From Rhizophagus irregularis (lineage: Eukaryota): a DNA stretch of 64,000 bases. Both the position numbers and the translations under genes were made by a program. How positions within the stretch are numbered: position 1 is the first letter of the stretch; every line of letters begins with the position of its first letter. Below, one piece after another: positions 12,840-27,566 of the stretch. Under the pieces are notes generated by a model. It saw only the letters and a program-made list of their open reading frames with translations. It did not search any database and was not told the origin of the DNA. The stretch is taken from positions 62,001-126,000 of the forward strand of contig NC_089430.1 of NCBI RefSeq assembly GCF_026210795.1, in the 5' to 3' direction.

Positions 12840-15800
12840 ATCAACGTAGCTATGTTAGACAACGGTATAACACATTTAATATAATTTCACAAGTACCTTC
12901 AGTAACGAACAAAAGAACTTTCATAACAGATGGTAAATAATGTTACTTTGTTATTATAATTTATATTTGAATGTATATTTTTCAGTGATATTTATAATTT
13001 CTAGAAGATGTTATGGCTACTACTAGAAATGATGGTAGTATTAAAATGGATATTTATGATGACGAAGATGAAGAAATGACAACAACTATCGATATAGAAA
13101 ATGAAGAAATAAGCGAAGATAAACTTGAAAGTGAATATGAAAGAATAATGATGGAATTTAATGAAAACGACGAAAATGAAAATGAAAGAGGAGGGGATTC
13201 AGATGAAGAAGTAATCATTGATCAACCAGATGAAGAAGTAATCGTTGATCAACCTCTTAGTAGCGAACAACTTTCATATTCCTCTGGTGAGTTCGCCCCA
13301 TATTTCAAAAATGTCACTGAATCGCTGTTTTTTTGTTGGATACAGAAACATCACATATATAAGTTATATTCTTTTAAAGCTTATTAATGAAAATATAACA
13401 ATAACTTATGGTAATTCTTCACCAGCTACCCAAGCATATGACAAACTAGTTGATATAATCCATAATCCACAGTTCAGAAAAGAAGACATTGTGCCAAATA
13501 GCCGACGATTCAGGAAATATAGATAGAGACTACCTCTACTCCCAATAAGATCTCGAAAAATCAATATTTCTAACATGAAAACGCCATCAACATCTAAAAA
13601 CATTGGAGAGGCGTATTATTTATCCATTACAGATATCATTCGTAACATTTTGAATAATCCTTTATTATTTAGCAACATATACTTCAGACCTGGCCAAGAA
13701 ATCACAAAAAACAAAGAACTCTGGCACGGTGATATTTAGAAAGAATCGGCAAGGTTTGGTAAAACGTCTATCACAATCGCTCAACATGTGTATTACTCTG
13801 GGGATTTTGTAGTATACAGAGAATCAAGCAATGTGAAAAAATTCGGCCGTATATTGGCGATTGTGCAAAAAGATGACAGACTGATAATTAAGATCTAACG
13901 TATTATAAGATTTGAAGAGTTACCAGGGAACCTCCAAAGCAACAATCGCAAAGAAAAATCGCAGGATAATGAAGTCTGGTTTCTTGATTGAGAAATGGAA
14001 GATGCAGTCATAAATGTCGAATTGCACGTGATTGTTAGCTACGTACCGATTACTATTCATTATGATAATAGTAATAATAGACATTCAATTAAAATTTGGG
14101 AAATTCTCTACAAGCACAATGGACGCTAGAAGCTAAGAGATGTCAAGTATTCATATCAATATCCTTCGGAATTCGCGCCATTAAATAAACCAGAAACACA
14201 TCTTCCAATCTACAAATTATTCATCGATCTGTATTACGATGACTTTGGGACATTCAGAAACGTCTATCATTCTTTAGGTGGCGTTTACATTCAAATAGGT
14301 AACATGCTTTTTACTGAAAGAAATCGTCTTAAGAACCATTTTGTGCTAGAATTTGTTCCTTTCGGTGGTTCTTTCGACGAATTTATCAAACCCTTCATTA
14401 CAGAAATGAAAGTATTGGAGAGAGGAAAGATTTTGAATATTCAAGGGAATGAATGCGTCGTAATTGCAAGCCTTGGTGATACTACTGCCGATTTGCCGCA
14501 AGGCAATGATATGGCTGGAGTAAAGTGACACAGCGCTAATAGAGGATGCCGGACATGCAATGTAACAAAAGAATCTTTAACATCCAACGATCTTGATTTA
14601 CACTTAATCTCTCGTTATTATCATCTGTCAGATAAACAATTCAAAGAGATATCTGAGGCGTCAATGATTACAAAACGCAAAGCAATTGCATCCAAATTTG
14701 GCCTACAATTATATCCGCCTTTACTTGATTAATTGAAAAGGGAAAGACACTTACAGTCTCCCCAGGATGTCTACCACCTTACGGCTGGAAAAGCGCTAAG
14801 ACTTTTCAAGATCACAATTGAAGCACTTTCGCCAGAAGGAAAATCGGAATTCATTAGGAACTGGAAGTATTTTGAATACCCGAAGACTTGGCAAAAATTG
14901 CCAAATCTGATATCCCACATTGACAGTTTCATGATGTCGGACTGTCTAGAATTAACCATGATGATTCCATTTATCCTCAATAGGTTCTTGAGGAATACAC
15001 ATTTCAAAAATTCGGAACTTGCCTTGTTTCAATGTCGAACAGGAGTTACTAGAAGCGATTTAGCCATCAAACTTTGGTTGAAATGTTGGGTCGTAATGGC
15101 AAAAACGATGGCAATGGTTTTTAAAGATTCTTTTACAAAAGAAGAATATTCCAAATTGCGCGAATACTTACGTAATGAACGAGTGCTTTTATCGCAGGTA
15201 TTATTCTTTAAATTATAACACTAACTAGTATTAGGTAATACATATCACAAATAGGACGCAAAATTAAACGCAAAAATCGATGAAAGTCAAGAAAACAAAA
15301 AAAATGCATTCGAAATTTATATATAACTATAACCATTCTTTATTTATTTATAATAATATTATACAGCAAAGTTTAATTATTTTCAATTATTTACAAATAG
15401 GCATTCAAAGATTTTGAAAATTTACCGAATCTACATACCAACTTCCATCTGCTATTGCATGCAAAGAATTACGCGACATTATTGAACACTAATGCTGAAA
15501 CAAAGGAGATGATATATCGGATATTCAAGAATATTGTACCCCGAACGAATCTGAAAAATGTGAGTTTAGATTTACTAAAGCATTACACCACCTTGTTTGC
15601 GATACGGCATTTATTAGATGGTGGCATAGATCTGAGATTATCTACATCAAACGGTTGGATTTATGAATTTACTGAAACATTTGCGATGATTGATGAGCAA
15701 TTGGTTCATTATGAAAGATAATGTTGATATTAAGAACGATGCAGAAGAAGGTACAATTTAATATTATAATACGAAAATATATATTGAAATATGAAATTTG

Positions 15801-17355
15801 CTAACTCTTAGTATGTAAAGTTTGCTCGCCAGATGATCATATTTCTAATATATTGTTAAAGAAATGGGTACTTCAAAGAAACGTTGAAATGCCACTACTG
15901 ATGAATATCAATGAAGAATTGAAACTGGCATACGAAGATTTCAGAGACAACTCTGCAATACCTAACAGCATGCCATTATTCTTTGAGTATACGAGTTTTA
16001 TCTTTGAAAATGAAAGAGATAATACTATTCTACGCCGTTTACGTATCGGGAATGTTGTATCAATCAATATTGAAAATAGAGGCAATTTTGCAATTATAAG
16101 AGCAATATTTTGTCATCAAAAGGACAACCTTCGATTTGTGTTTGTTGTCGTTGATTGGTTTGAGGAAACAAATCGAACTATACTAGGCTGTCCAGTATAC
16201 AGGTTACAAACGACAAATGCTAATTTGCGAAGGGTTTTCTCTATCTGTTTAGTGAATGCGATTAACGTTATGCATTTCGTTCACAATTGTAGAGGCGAAG
16301 AATGTATCGATGGCGATCACAATTCTAGAAATGATTTGTATATACGAAACTTATATTTTTTAAAGCTGTTTAATGTTTATTATTTGTTTATTAATTACCA
16401 TTCATAAAAAAATTCATTTTATTCATGATTTAAAACAACAAACTTAGATTTAGAATAGAGTTTTTATGATTTATTTGCGATATTGAAAATAAAATTAAAT
16501 ACAATTTTACGATATGTTAAATATAACTTTTATATAAATCAAATGCAATATTACGATACGTTAAATATAATTTATATATAAATTAAATGCAACTTCACGA
16601 TATGTTAAATATAAAGTAAACACAAATTTACGATACATTAAATATGACTTTTATATGCATTAAATATAACTTTTATATATATTAAATACGACTTTAATAT
16701 ATTTCTAATATATATTGAATATAACGTGACTAATCTCGATACGATATTTGTATGACCTGGTTAAATCAGGTGACGATCTCCTTAATATGCATCAACTTTA
16801 TACATACGATCAACTTAAGCTTATCGTAACGATGTGAAACCATATCGTGGCCAAATCTTGGTTATAAGGTCTACAATAAATTTTTGACTTAGTCACGATA
16901 TGGTTTCGATTATAAAAATTTCTGCAATGTATATGTTAAAATAATTTTGGTATTCATTTTTATTGTCTTTTTTTTTCTAAAAAAAAGAAGAGAAAAGAAT
17001 ATTTTTGAAAAAATAAACAAAAAATAAACAATAACGTGTTATTAATGCATATGATCAGCGATTAGCTGAATTTTAATTGGTTAAATATAGAAATGCGAAA
17101 ATTAAAAAGCAGAAGTGTTTTTTTTAAAATTTAAATTATACAGATTGTTTTTAAAGTTTAATTAGTAATTTAAAAGTTCTTTTTTTTAATAAGAAAATTT
17201 GTAAAAATTTTTCTTAATACTGCTTAATTTTTAAATTAAAGTCTTAATACTAAATTAACTAAATTAGAATTAAGAAAAATTTGTGAAAATTTTCTTTGAT
17301 ACTGCTTAATTTTTAAATTAAAGCCTTAATATTAAATTAGTTAAATTAGAATTAA

Positions 17356-18462
17356 CATATAGGCTGATTTATGGAATTAAGTTTTTATATTCAAAAAACT
17401 AACTTTATTAAGAAAATGCAAATACAAGTTACATGAAAATGATAGATTCACACCGCTGATATAAATAAAATTGATTTGATTATATTATTTTTTGATTTTT
17501 TTTAATAAGATCATTAAAATTAAAAAATTTAAATATAATTGTCATAACAAAATGTTGAATAACTTAACGTTTATGTGTGCTAGACGAATAAATTTATATT
17601 CATTAGAAAGAAGTAATCAAGAGCTATCCATAAACCAAATATCACATGAATTGGATCACAAGTTGCTGAATAATTATGTTCAATATATTTATTTTTAACC
17701 TTTGACTTTGATCGTTAATATCTTCACATCTAGTAATTCGATTTGAATAATCTTTTTTCGTTCAGGTAGAGTAGATTCTGGGCTTTCATATGAATATAAA
17801 TATATGTATTTAGCATACATGTATGCCAAAATATTAACGATTTTGTTAATTGAATAAAACTCTGACACAAAAATTTTTAAAATTATAATTCTTACCAAAA
17901 GATGATCTTTACAGGTATTATTGGGCTCTTTTTACTTTACTTAACAAGTTTTTATTTGCCATTTCTGTTTTAAATTGAATAAATTAATAAAATCAATTTT
18001 AAAAAGTAATTAACAAGTAGAATAAAATTAGTATAGTAAAAAACAAAAAAAAACATCTCAAAAACTCTAAATCATAACTCACATTTTTATTTTGTATATA
18101 TTTTTACTAAAAAAAAGAAGGAAATAAGGTTAAAAATAAATTAAAAAAGATTTTTCTTATTAATAAAAATTATTAATATTTGTTTTCTTACTTACTGATT
18201 AAAAAAAACCTGCTATATATGCCTATAAACTTTTCTAAGTCACCTAACAAAAATCTGATTGAAAAGTGATTGAAAAGTGATTGAAAAAAAAAGTAGTTGC
18301 CATTGTTATTTTTGAATAAACGTTAAAAAATTTTTTTTTTATTTTTTGATAGATTTAGATCATCTGATTATGTAACACATACAATTTAAGCTTGTGAAAC
18401 ATAATTTTTGTTAAAATGTGCAAATCTTTATATTTGGCTAATTTCACGAATTGGCAGATATA
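17356..18462. mobile_element. Degenerate non-autonomous TIR element (CATATCTGCCGA family) inserted in the AT-rich satellite
   Basis: Ends CATATAGGCTGATTTATGGAATT and AATTTCACGAATTGGCAGATA resemble the TIR of 29121-29892. It interrupts the satellite unit at GAATTAA|GCAGT. TSD not resolved. Confidence 0.5.
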
Positions 18463-18754
18463 AGCAGTATTAAGAAAAATTCGCAAGAATTTTCCTTGAT
18501 ATTGCTTAATTTTTAAATTAAAGCCTTAATACTTTTTTTTTTTTTTTTAATGATTTATATATGCTTTATTGATATGTAGTTTATATACCATACAAACAAA
18601 TTATCATAAGCTATATCCACCCAGTAGGATGTAATCATCAAAATATGGATAAGAATAAATATAGAATAAGAATAATTAGTGTTGTATCTATTGATTATAG
18701 AATAAAAATAATTAAAATTATGTCTATTGATTATATTATAGAAGTTGTTGTTAT

Positions 18755-18796
<42 letters not shown>

Positions 18797-18929
18797 CCTC
18801 CCTTTTTCCTTTCAAATTTGGTATATATCCAATTTAAGATTAATTATACTGTTGCTAAATCAATTATAACATTGTTAACAACCTTTTTTGTCTTTATATA
18901 AGCCCAACTAAACCACCAGTTATTATTAA

Positions 18930-21900
18930 TTAATAAACACATTTGATCTTGAGCTTTTTTTTCATTCTATAGCATTTTGATAATATGAGATTTTCATTTT
19001 TTAAGTTTTCAGGCTGTACTGAATCCAATTTCAATAATGTATCACCAAACTCTACCATTTGATCTTCCTGTGAATTTGTTATATTATTCTTCTTTAATTG
19101 TTGTTTATTCTGTTTTAATTGCTTGATCTGTTGATGAGAGGATTTAAAATAACGATCTATATTTTCAGATTCATTTAATTTGTCTTTTTTTCCAATATTT
19201 TTAGCCTTTTCCCATGCATTAGTGGCATTACATCTAGGCGACCAAATTAATTCCTTAAAGTGAATGATGAAGGAATCCAAAAGTGAGGCCAAAAATAAAA
19301 TGTTTTTTGACTCTGAGAATCCAAATATTTGTTTTGATATTTTGGAAAAATTAGTGTTAATCTTAGCTTCCAAGGCCAATGAGCAGAAATCAAGAAATTT
19401 GATATCATTATGTTGTGTTCCTAGTATCTGGTTTAATTTCTTATTTATATTCTTAGGTGTATCTTCTGTTGTATTACTTTCTTTTTGAATTATGGAAATC
19501 ACATCATTTTGCATTCTGCTTTTGATTATAGGCCATAAGTCCTTATTGGCCTCACATTCAATAAAATGATGTCTGTTTTCTTCTTTATTAGCATTGCACC
19601 TTGGACAGACAAACTCTTTGTATAGATTTGGTTTTCGCTGTAGAAGAGTAGTACCTATAGGAAGAAGTTTAGCAAATAGTTTAACAATAAATATTAAGTG
19701 CCAATGTTTTTTAACTGAAATACAATTAAACCCTTTATATCTATGAATTAAGTTCCAAGTTATATTCCAATCAATTGGAATTTCATGGCCATTTGATTTT
19801 AGCATTGACCATTCTGCTGCCACTTTAGTATTCATTAGAGTTTTGATAAATTTCCTCAAGTTGTATTCAATGGGGATCTGTTTAAAAGTTGGAAAAAATC
19901 TGACTTTCCTATTGCTATAGTTAAATCTGTTGTTAAAGTAACCACTGTCATTACTTGTGTTTTTAGCTAATTTATCTACCATTTCATTCATAACATCTCC
20001 ACTGTGTCCCTTAACTTTCACTAATACTAGATCCATCTTTTTTTCCTGTAAAAGAATATCTATCTTAAGTAAAATTAAAGAATTAGACTGTTTCAGTAAT
20101 TTTCTCCCCGATTTATTATGTCTATTATTAATCATATAGATGGCACTTTGACTATCTGTATATATCTTAATTTTTGCATTCATAGGACTTGTGAGTAATG
20201 CCAGAAAAATAGCCACTAGTTCTGCACGTGTAGAAGAGGGCCATAATGATAAATTTGCTTGGGCAGATAGGGCGGGTTCATCATTGACACAGAACGCCGC
20301 ACCCATTTTTGTATGCACTAAATTGGGATCTTGTTGATCCCTTGATGTAGGGATACTTGTCCTGAGCGAACCATCTGTGTAGTATTCTACCGATATTCTC
20401 TCTTCTAATATATTTCTAATATCCATAAGTTTTGATTTCAAGTCATCATCATCTATCCATCTGTGAATCCATATGTCATAAACCAATGGTAGGCTAATTA
20501 CGGGGCTTGGCGCTGATGTTGGTGCTCTATCTCCGGGTATCAAAGTGCCAAGATGATGAGTTGAAGATAACCATTCACTAGGAAAACTCCAACCACGCGA
20601 ATTAGAGACTCTATCTAGAATTGCTCTCTTACAGCAATGAGCCGGTATAACTCGTCCATTGTCCTGCCATCCAATTGTTCCATTATCATTGTATCCTGGA
20701 CGATAGCTAACTGAAATCCCCTGTTCATGATGATGTATTTTGTTGACTTTACCAATTAACCATGCATCTGAATTAGCCAAAGGCTCTCTAACAAAAATTA
20801 CTTGTTTGCGTCATGCATCCGGTATAATATCTAATAAGAAGGTCCAAAGGTTAACTTTCGTAATCTCCAGATCATTGCTTACTGTTAAATTATCTATCCT
20901 TGATGTGCACAAATGAGCCATATCACGGTACCATCTAGCTATCCTTCCTTGCACCGGGAGTAGTGCTAAACTACGATATTGTTTCCATGTCATAAGATGT
21001 GTTCCCCTAATAAACAATTGATCAATATAAAATATTGGGTAATGTGAGCTTTGGTTAATTCTATATATATACTTCGTAAGCTGATATTGTTTAAAGAACT
21101 TTAATATCGGCTCTTTCCCTCCTGATATACTCCAAGTTGATCTATCAATCGGATCTATCGCCATTGAAATGTCAAGGGATTTAGCTATTACCAAAGCATT
21201 GAATGGGACGTTGTAAACGGTCGAATATCAAGCACGAAAAGATGATAAAATTCAATCACCAAATGTAATTGCCAAATATTAAGAACGAACAAATTAATCA
21301 TGAATTGGCGTAGATGGATAAATAATTAGCCGAAAGGGATAAACATTTAGGAAGAGTAATGATCTACATGATGTAATATTTGTTGAATGATTGACAAAGA
21401 ACCAATAGGATAATTAGAGTTGATCAATTGCGGCTTAGCAATCTTTAACAATAAGAACGATTAGAAAGAATAATTATAAGCCACAAAAGATAGATTATAA
21501 GCAAAACACATAAAGCGAATTAAAAGAACATATAAAATAATGTCAGAAAGATTAAAAAACACAAAATAATATAAAAGATAATATAAAAAGATGGTATAAA
21601 GATGGAACGTAAAAGATAATATATTAAAAAGAACATATATAAAGATAGCATATTAAAAGATAGCGTATTTAAAATATAGATAGCATATTAGAAAGATAGT
21701 TCAAAGATAAAATTAAAAGAATATAAAAGATATTATATAGATAGAATAGAAAGTAGCGTAAAATTTGTATAAATAGAGAACGGAATTCAAAGTAATTCCA
21801 CAGTTCTCATCCACAGAACTCAATAAAAATATAAGTTAAATTTAATTATTTGTTGATGAAGTATAATGTTAATTAAAGATGAATTAAATATACACTCTTG

Positions 21901-24900
21901 GAAAGTAATAATTCGTAGCGAGAGCTATCAAAGTTTGAAATTAAAGGTAAAAGTGGATATAATTTGAGGAAAATTTAGAGAAGTTAATTTTATTTTATAT
22001 CGTTTGATGTTTTATATTACTAACGCTATTTATGTCGTGAACCAAAAATGTTGTTGTATATTGTTCGTTGATTACGTTGTTTGTTAATTATGTTGTTGAT
22101 TAATCGCTCGTTCGTTTATTTGTTCATTCGTTCGATTATTCGTTCGTTCGACCATGAGAATGCCCGTTCGATGTGGCAACTCTGTAAATTGATGACAGAG
22201 GGAATTGGGGGATCTCAACGTTTTTCCGGACTTGAAGTTTTATCCAAGACGTTGCGTGAAGATCACAGTCAAAAATCGGATCAACGATGAGTGATTTAAG
22301 CTGCGCGTCTCTAAGCCTAATCTGTGTAGCTATCGCTGCGTATGAGTCACTATTCAATCTAATCGTTAAATCCGTTATAATATTGATACAATGGATTTTC
22401 CATGGGTGATCCATACCTAAACACCCTCATGAAATAATAGAGACGATGGTGTATTCTTGGGTAATTTCATCCAGTTTTTAACCAATTTCATTACTGGAGC
22501 GAACACTTGATTCCAGTCATGTTCTGACAGTGTCATGATTTGGGCTATATATATTAGTCTGGGAATCAATACTCTATTGATTAGATAAATACATTGTCCA
22601 GCTGGTACAAATTTCCTACGAACTGTATCACAAAAGCTTTTAACCGTCGTGGACATACGTTGCATCCATCGCCGCCTACTCGGTTTGTTAGAAAATCAGA
22701 CCCCAAGGTATCTTATTTCGTCATTAGTGGCTTGAACTATGGAACGATCACGGCCTAATTCAATAACTTGTTCATGCCTTTCCACTGACGGGTTGATAAT
22801 TATCATTTCTGATTTCTTAACATTGATATCGATATCATTAATCAAGTAGAAATCATTTGCTATATCTACTATCTTTTGCATCCTGGATTTCGATGATTCT
22901 AAAAATACCGTATCATCCATATATGCACATACTGGAACCTGAAGCCTGTAATGTGTCCATGTAGTAGGGTCATTAATATCATTTGGCCAGGTAATCTTCA
23001 TTTCATATCCGCTGTCTTTAGTTTGTTGTATTCCTACTAGAAGTGGATCATAGAAAATTCGCCATAGCAACGGAGATAGTGCATCGCCCTGATCTATTCC
23101 GTCATTTCCAATAAATCCATCACTTAACCCATATGCTGTGGCTATTCTAAGGGATCTGTGTTTGAAAAGGGCTATAATCCATTCAACCAGTGATGCCGGA
23201 ATGTCAATACGAAGCAATGCCCGATTTAGCACTTCTAACCCAACTGAATCAAACGCCTTTTTCATGTCCTGTGTGAGGACCCATAGTTCTTTTTTATTTT
23301 CTCTGGCATCCTCAATAAAATTATTAACCAGGTGTATTAGTTCGTTTGTACTTTCTCTGGGTAAACCGCAACAATTGTATCCCTGTAGTATATTATATCG
23401 TTTCATAACTGAACTCAACCTGTTCGTGATCATCTTTGTGAAGGTCTTCCGAAAACAGTCCAGCAATGCAATAGGTCGAGTATTCAAAATATTATATTCA
23501 AAGTTGGTGGGCTTAGGAATAGGGAGAATGATCGATGTTTTCCATGTCTTTGGTATAAGTCCAGTTTGTAACGTCAGATTTCCGAACTTGACCAAGAGGA
23601 TGACTATTTCCTCAGGTAATTGTAGAATTATTTTGTAGTTAATACCAGACAACCCTGCAGTCGAATTTTTATTTAAATCTTTAACGGTATTGTTCTATTC
23701 TTCCATAGTAACCTTTTCTATTGTAGCTTCCATTACTTCTTTAAATTTGCCTGCAGGTTCGTAAATTTGTTGCCAAAGCGGCGTCAAAGAATTCTCAAGT
23801 GTGTTCCTTTTCCTAAACATGCTCGCGAAATCATTGTCTACTGCTTCCTTAACTTCTCCCGGTTCTGTAGCCAGTCTCTTAGTCGAACCTTCTGATTCTT
23901 TGTTCACTAACACCTTATCTATAACTATATTGGCGTGAGTGTTTCTATCTAATATGCTAGAAAGCCATGTTGTTTGGTCTTTTTGTGTAATTTCAACTCT
24001 TTTCTCTATTTTATCTTTAATGGATTTCGTCTCTGTTGCTTTGAATTTTTTATAATCTGCTCTTAGGTGATAATTCACTTTTTTTTTTAGATTGTCAAAC
24101 CAGTTTTCCAAAAACATATCCTGTATGACTATGTTACATTTATTATAGTCATCGGTCGATGTAACATAGTCTTGATTATATTTGGCAATTTTTCTAGCCC
24201 ATCTGGATTTGGCGCCCACAGATGTGGTCATTTGTTGGTTGCCATAATAATTATTATGTAATAATTTAAGCAGCTTATTTGTATGACGTTCTGGTCTCGT
24301 CTTTTTCTTATTATAACGTATGAAGGTATTATGAAGTCTGATGACTTTCCTAGGGAGTTCTGAGTCCGCTGCGCTGACTATAACACTATTGAGTTTATCC
24401 CAATATCTATCTATATCTTCTTGAAAATACTCTTTTATATTGACTTTATCCTCAATTACTTCTTGATCTAGAGAGTTTAGTTGACTTTTTATATTAAGTC
24501 AGAATTTATCCCACTTTTCCGTTTTAATGTCATCACAATCATACAAGACTCTGGTGTGGGCGTTACCAATGGGTAATTTATCATATACTGTATTTTTCCT
24601 ATTGTTTCTTATGAGGATAGAGGTGTCCATGGTTAATGTAATTATATCATGGTCACTATGTGTGATAAACGTTGAGGGGGTAATTGAGAAATTCATTAAA
24701 TTATTACTGATATTTTCTGATATCCAAATCTGATCTATTCTCGTGCTTACACCCTCTCTGTGATAAGTGTTTCCTGGTACTTCTTTATTAAGCTTTCTAT
24801 AAGAATCTATAAGACCCATTGCCTCAAGATCATTAAAAATTTTGGGTTTTGATATATGTTGCGATGGTGTACGATCGATATGACCATTTGAGATCAAATT

Positions 24901-25377
24901 AAAATCTCCCATTAATATGTGTACAATATTGTTTGAATTTTTTTTTATAGTTTCATCGCTCATTTCCCTTTTTAGTAGTTCCAGGGTATCGTGAAGGATT
25001 GTTTTAATTTGTGGTGACGTGTAAACAATCCATATACAGAATAAAACATTTCTGAACAGAAAGTATGCTGAGAGTAGATATGGTGAATGGAATTTGTGTC
25101 CTTGATAATGTTTATTCCATTTCCTTAAGCAAATTAACGCTACTCCAGAACCCTTATGTTTGTCGTTCTGTTTGCTTGACCAATATATATGAAATTGCTC
25201 TTTAAGACTATTAGGCGTTTTGAAAAACCCGTTTTTTTGGTCTAAATTAGTTTCATTCAAGGCCATAATGTCTACCTGGTTTTCTTGCATCCAACTTAGA
25301 ATTCCATAAAGTTTTGCATTGTCCCCTGCCAATCCGTTAATGTTATGGGTTCCAATGTGGAGTGTAAGGTACAACAC
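18930..25377 (-). pseudogene. LINE ORF2 pseudogene: AP endonuclease, reverse transcriptase, RNase H
   Basis: APE motifs GTHNING, LNET, MGDFN, RIDQIW and SDH. RT motifs QDMKKAFDSV, GIDQGDALSP and YMDD. RNase H motifs YTDGS, SSTRAEL, TDSQ and VKGHSG. Fragments are separated by in-frame stops and the LTR insertion. Confidence 0.92.
21212..22217. mobile_element. Solo LTR (1006 bp) inserted in the LINE ORF2
   Basis: TG...CA termini and 4-bp TSD ACGT (21208-21211, 22218-22221). Excision restores the LINE frame ...QVRKNVPFNALVIAKS. Confidence 0.8.
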
Positions 25378-25610
25378 GTCTAAATCTATTTGTTGTTATT
25401 TCTCATACCGTATTCGTTGACTATATAAAAAACTGTCTATATTTTCTATGTTAGCTTTGTTTTTGTTTTTGTTTTTGTTATTCTGTACTCTAATGTTCGA
25501 CATAAATGTAGCATTGTATAAGTTATTATATTAATGTTGTCCTTTCTATTAGAGCTATTTGTTCCAGCCAAATAGTCCCTTGAAAATACTTCAAATTAAC
25601 TCTATAAATC

Positions 25611-25980
25611 ATTAAAGCCTTAATACTAAATTAGTTAAATTAGAATTAAGCAGTATTAAGAAAAATTCGCAAAAATTTTCCTTGATACTGCTTAATTTTT
25701 AAATTAAAACATAATCTTAAATTGGAGTTAAATTAAAGAATAGTATTGAAAAAATTCATGAGAATTTTCCTTAATACTACTTAATTTTTAAATTAAAACC
25801 TTAATACTAAATTAGTTAAATTAGAATTAAGTAGTATTAAGAAAAATTCATGAGAATTTTCCTTAATACTGCTTAATTTTTAAATTAAAACCTTAATACT
25901 AAATTAGTTAAATTAGAATTAAGTAGTATTAAGAAAAATTCATGAGAATTTTCCTTAATACTGCTTAATTTTTAAATTAT
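25611..25980. repeat. AT-rich tandem repeat of about 92 bp; further units at about 17190-17355 and 18463-18532
   Basis: CCTTAATACTAAATTAGTTAAATTAGAATTAAG recurs at 25799 and 25891, among others. The array is split by the LINE and by the 17356 element. Confidence 0.85.
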
Positions 25981-26181
25981 AATTTATAAAAATGATTTAT
26001 AATTGAGTTTTGAATTTAGTATTATCAATCGGACTTTGAACTTAAAAATTAAACAGTATTAACAAAAATTCTTGTGAATTTTTTAATAATTGTGATTTTA
26101 CATCAGTGAGTTTTTAGGTAGTACATATTAGCAGATACTAGTATTGTTTGATGCTTTAAAGTGTAGAAAAACTTACTCTAT

Positions 26182-27566
26182 CACACGTCAAATAAATAAA
26201 AATTGGCTGATTTTAGCTATATTTGTCCGATTTGTGACTTTTTACAGCCGTATTACCCATTCTTAACCACATTTTTCAGTTTTTTCACTATACAAAAAAA
26301 TTGTATATACATTATGAAATATATATTTTTATAAAAAATTATATTGTAATATTAAATTAAAATTTAAAAAATATTTTATTAAGCAATATTAAATAAAAAA
26401 CTAATCTTAAATAATTAAATTTTAAACAAAATACATTAAGTATATAAATTTACTTGTAATTCAATATATTATGCACAATTATAAAAAATTAATAACTCCA
26501 CAAATATTAACTGTGCCTTCATTAAAATAAATATTCAAGTAGATTCTAAGCTGCTGAACAATTTTTAATTAATAAAAGAAGTCGATTTACTTTGGCTAAA
26601 GTGCTTAAAATACGCTCTGAAGTAACAAAATAGAAAAATAAAATTCGTAAATAAGTACCATTGTGAAAATCGTGAATAACTCATTAAGTATTAACTGTAC
26701 CTTCGTAAAAATTAACATCCAAGTAGATTTTGACATGCTAAACAACTTTCAATTAATATAAGAAGTTGGTTTACTTTGGATAAAGTGCTCAAAATACACT
26801 CTGAAGTGACAAAATGAAAAAAATAAAATTTGTAAATGAGTACTGTTGTGAAAATTGTAAATAACTCATCAAGTATTAACTGTACCTTCGTGAAAATTAA
26901 TATCCAAGTAGATTTTAACCTGCCAAACAACTTACAATTAATATAAGAAGTTGATTTACTTTGGCTAAAGATCTCAAAATACGCTCTGAAGGTAAAAAAA
27001 TTTGTAACTTAATACTACTGTATAATATAAAAAATGTAAATAATTCCAAAAATATTAACTGTACTTTTATGATCTTAACAGTTTTAAACTTACTAAACTA
27101 CTTTTAATTAAAAGAATAAGATTTACTTCAGCCAAAATGCTTAAACTATACTTTGAAATATATGTAAAAAAAATATAATATTTGTTTATATTTTAAATTA
27201 TGAGTTATTTAATTTAAATGTATTTATATTTAAGAAAAAAAATATTTTAATTCTATTTTATATAGTATTTAAAAAGTATTTTAGTAAAGTTTTTGAAGCA
27301 AAAAAATAATTATAACTGAAATAAAAAAAAAATCTAAGTTAATAAATAAATATTAAACCATAATACATAATCACATGTTATATATTAAAATTGAAAAATC
27401 CTATTACAAATAACCAAAAATCGGCAATTTCATGTTAAAAATCAGAAATATTATATTAAAATCAGAAATATTTATTAAAATCAGAAATATTATATTAAAA
27501 TTGCCAAAAAATCAGACAACTATATTAAAAAGGGCAAAAATCTGATTTTTATTTATTTGACCTGTG
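26182..27566. mobile_element. Non-autonomous CACTA-like element (CACAGGTC family) with internal tandem repeats of about 187 bp
   Basis: TIR CACASGTCAAATAAATAAAAAT (21/22 match). 3-bp TSD TAT at 26179-26181 and 27567-27569. Repeat units at about 26500-27160. Confidence 0.85.

Larger units (their letters stand above)
9327..16373 (+). pseudogene. CMC/EnSpm-like (Plavaka-related) transposase pseudogene; exon 1 is split by the hAT insertion
   Basis: Removing the hAT and one TSD restores MFRNRYASNNQRSYVRQRY from the ATG at 9327. Motifs DLYYDDFGTFRNVYHSLGGVY, TADLPQGND, CRTC, PQDVYH and NLPNLH. Multiple stops and frameshifts. Collinear with 49135-52703. Confidence 0.85.
4808..16929 (+). mobile_element. 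CACTA/EnSpm (CMC, Plavaka-related) DNA transposon, decayed, with nested insertions
   Basis: Perfect 11-bp TIR CATTGCAGAAA (4808) / TTTCTGCAATG (ends 16929), with TA on both flanks. Encloses a transposase pseudogene (+) and a divergent companion gene (-). Confidence 0.8.
18533..25610 (-). mobile_element. 5'-truncated LINE (APE-RT-RNase H), decayed
   Basis: Poly(T) at 18533-18548 is the poly(A) tail. 16-bp TSD ATTAAAGCCTTAATAC at 18517-18532 and 25611-25626. Confidence 0.92.

Noticed and set aside
17560..17930. Possible decayed gene fragment on the minus strand
   Set aside because: Multiple stops and no recognisable motif.
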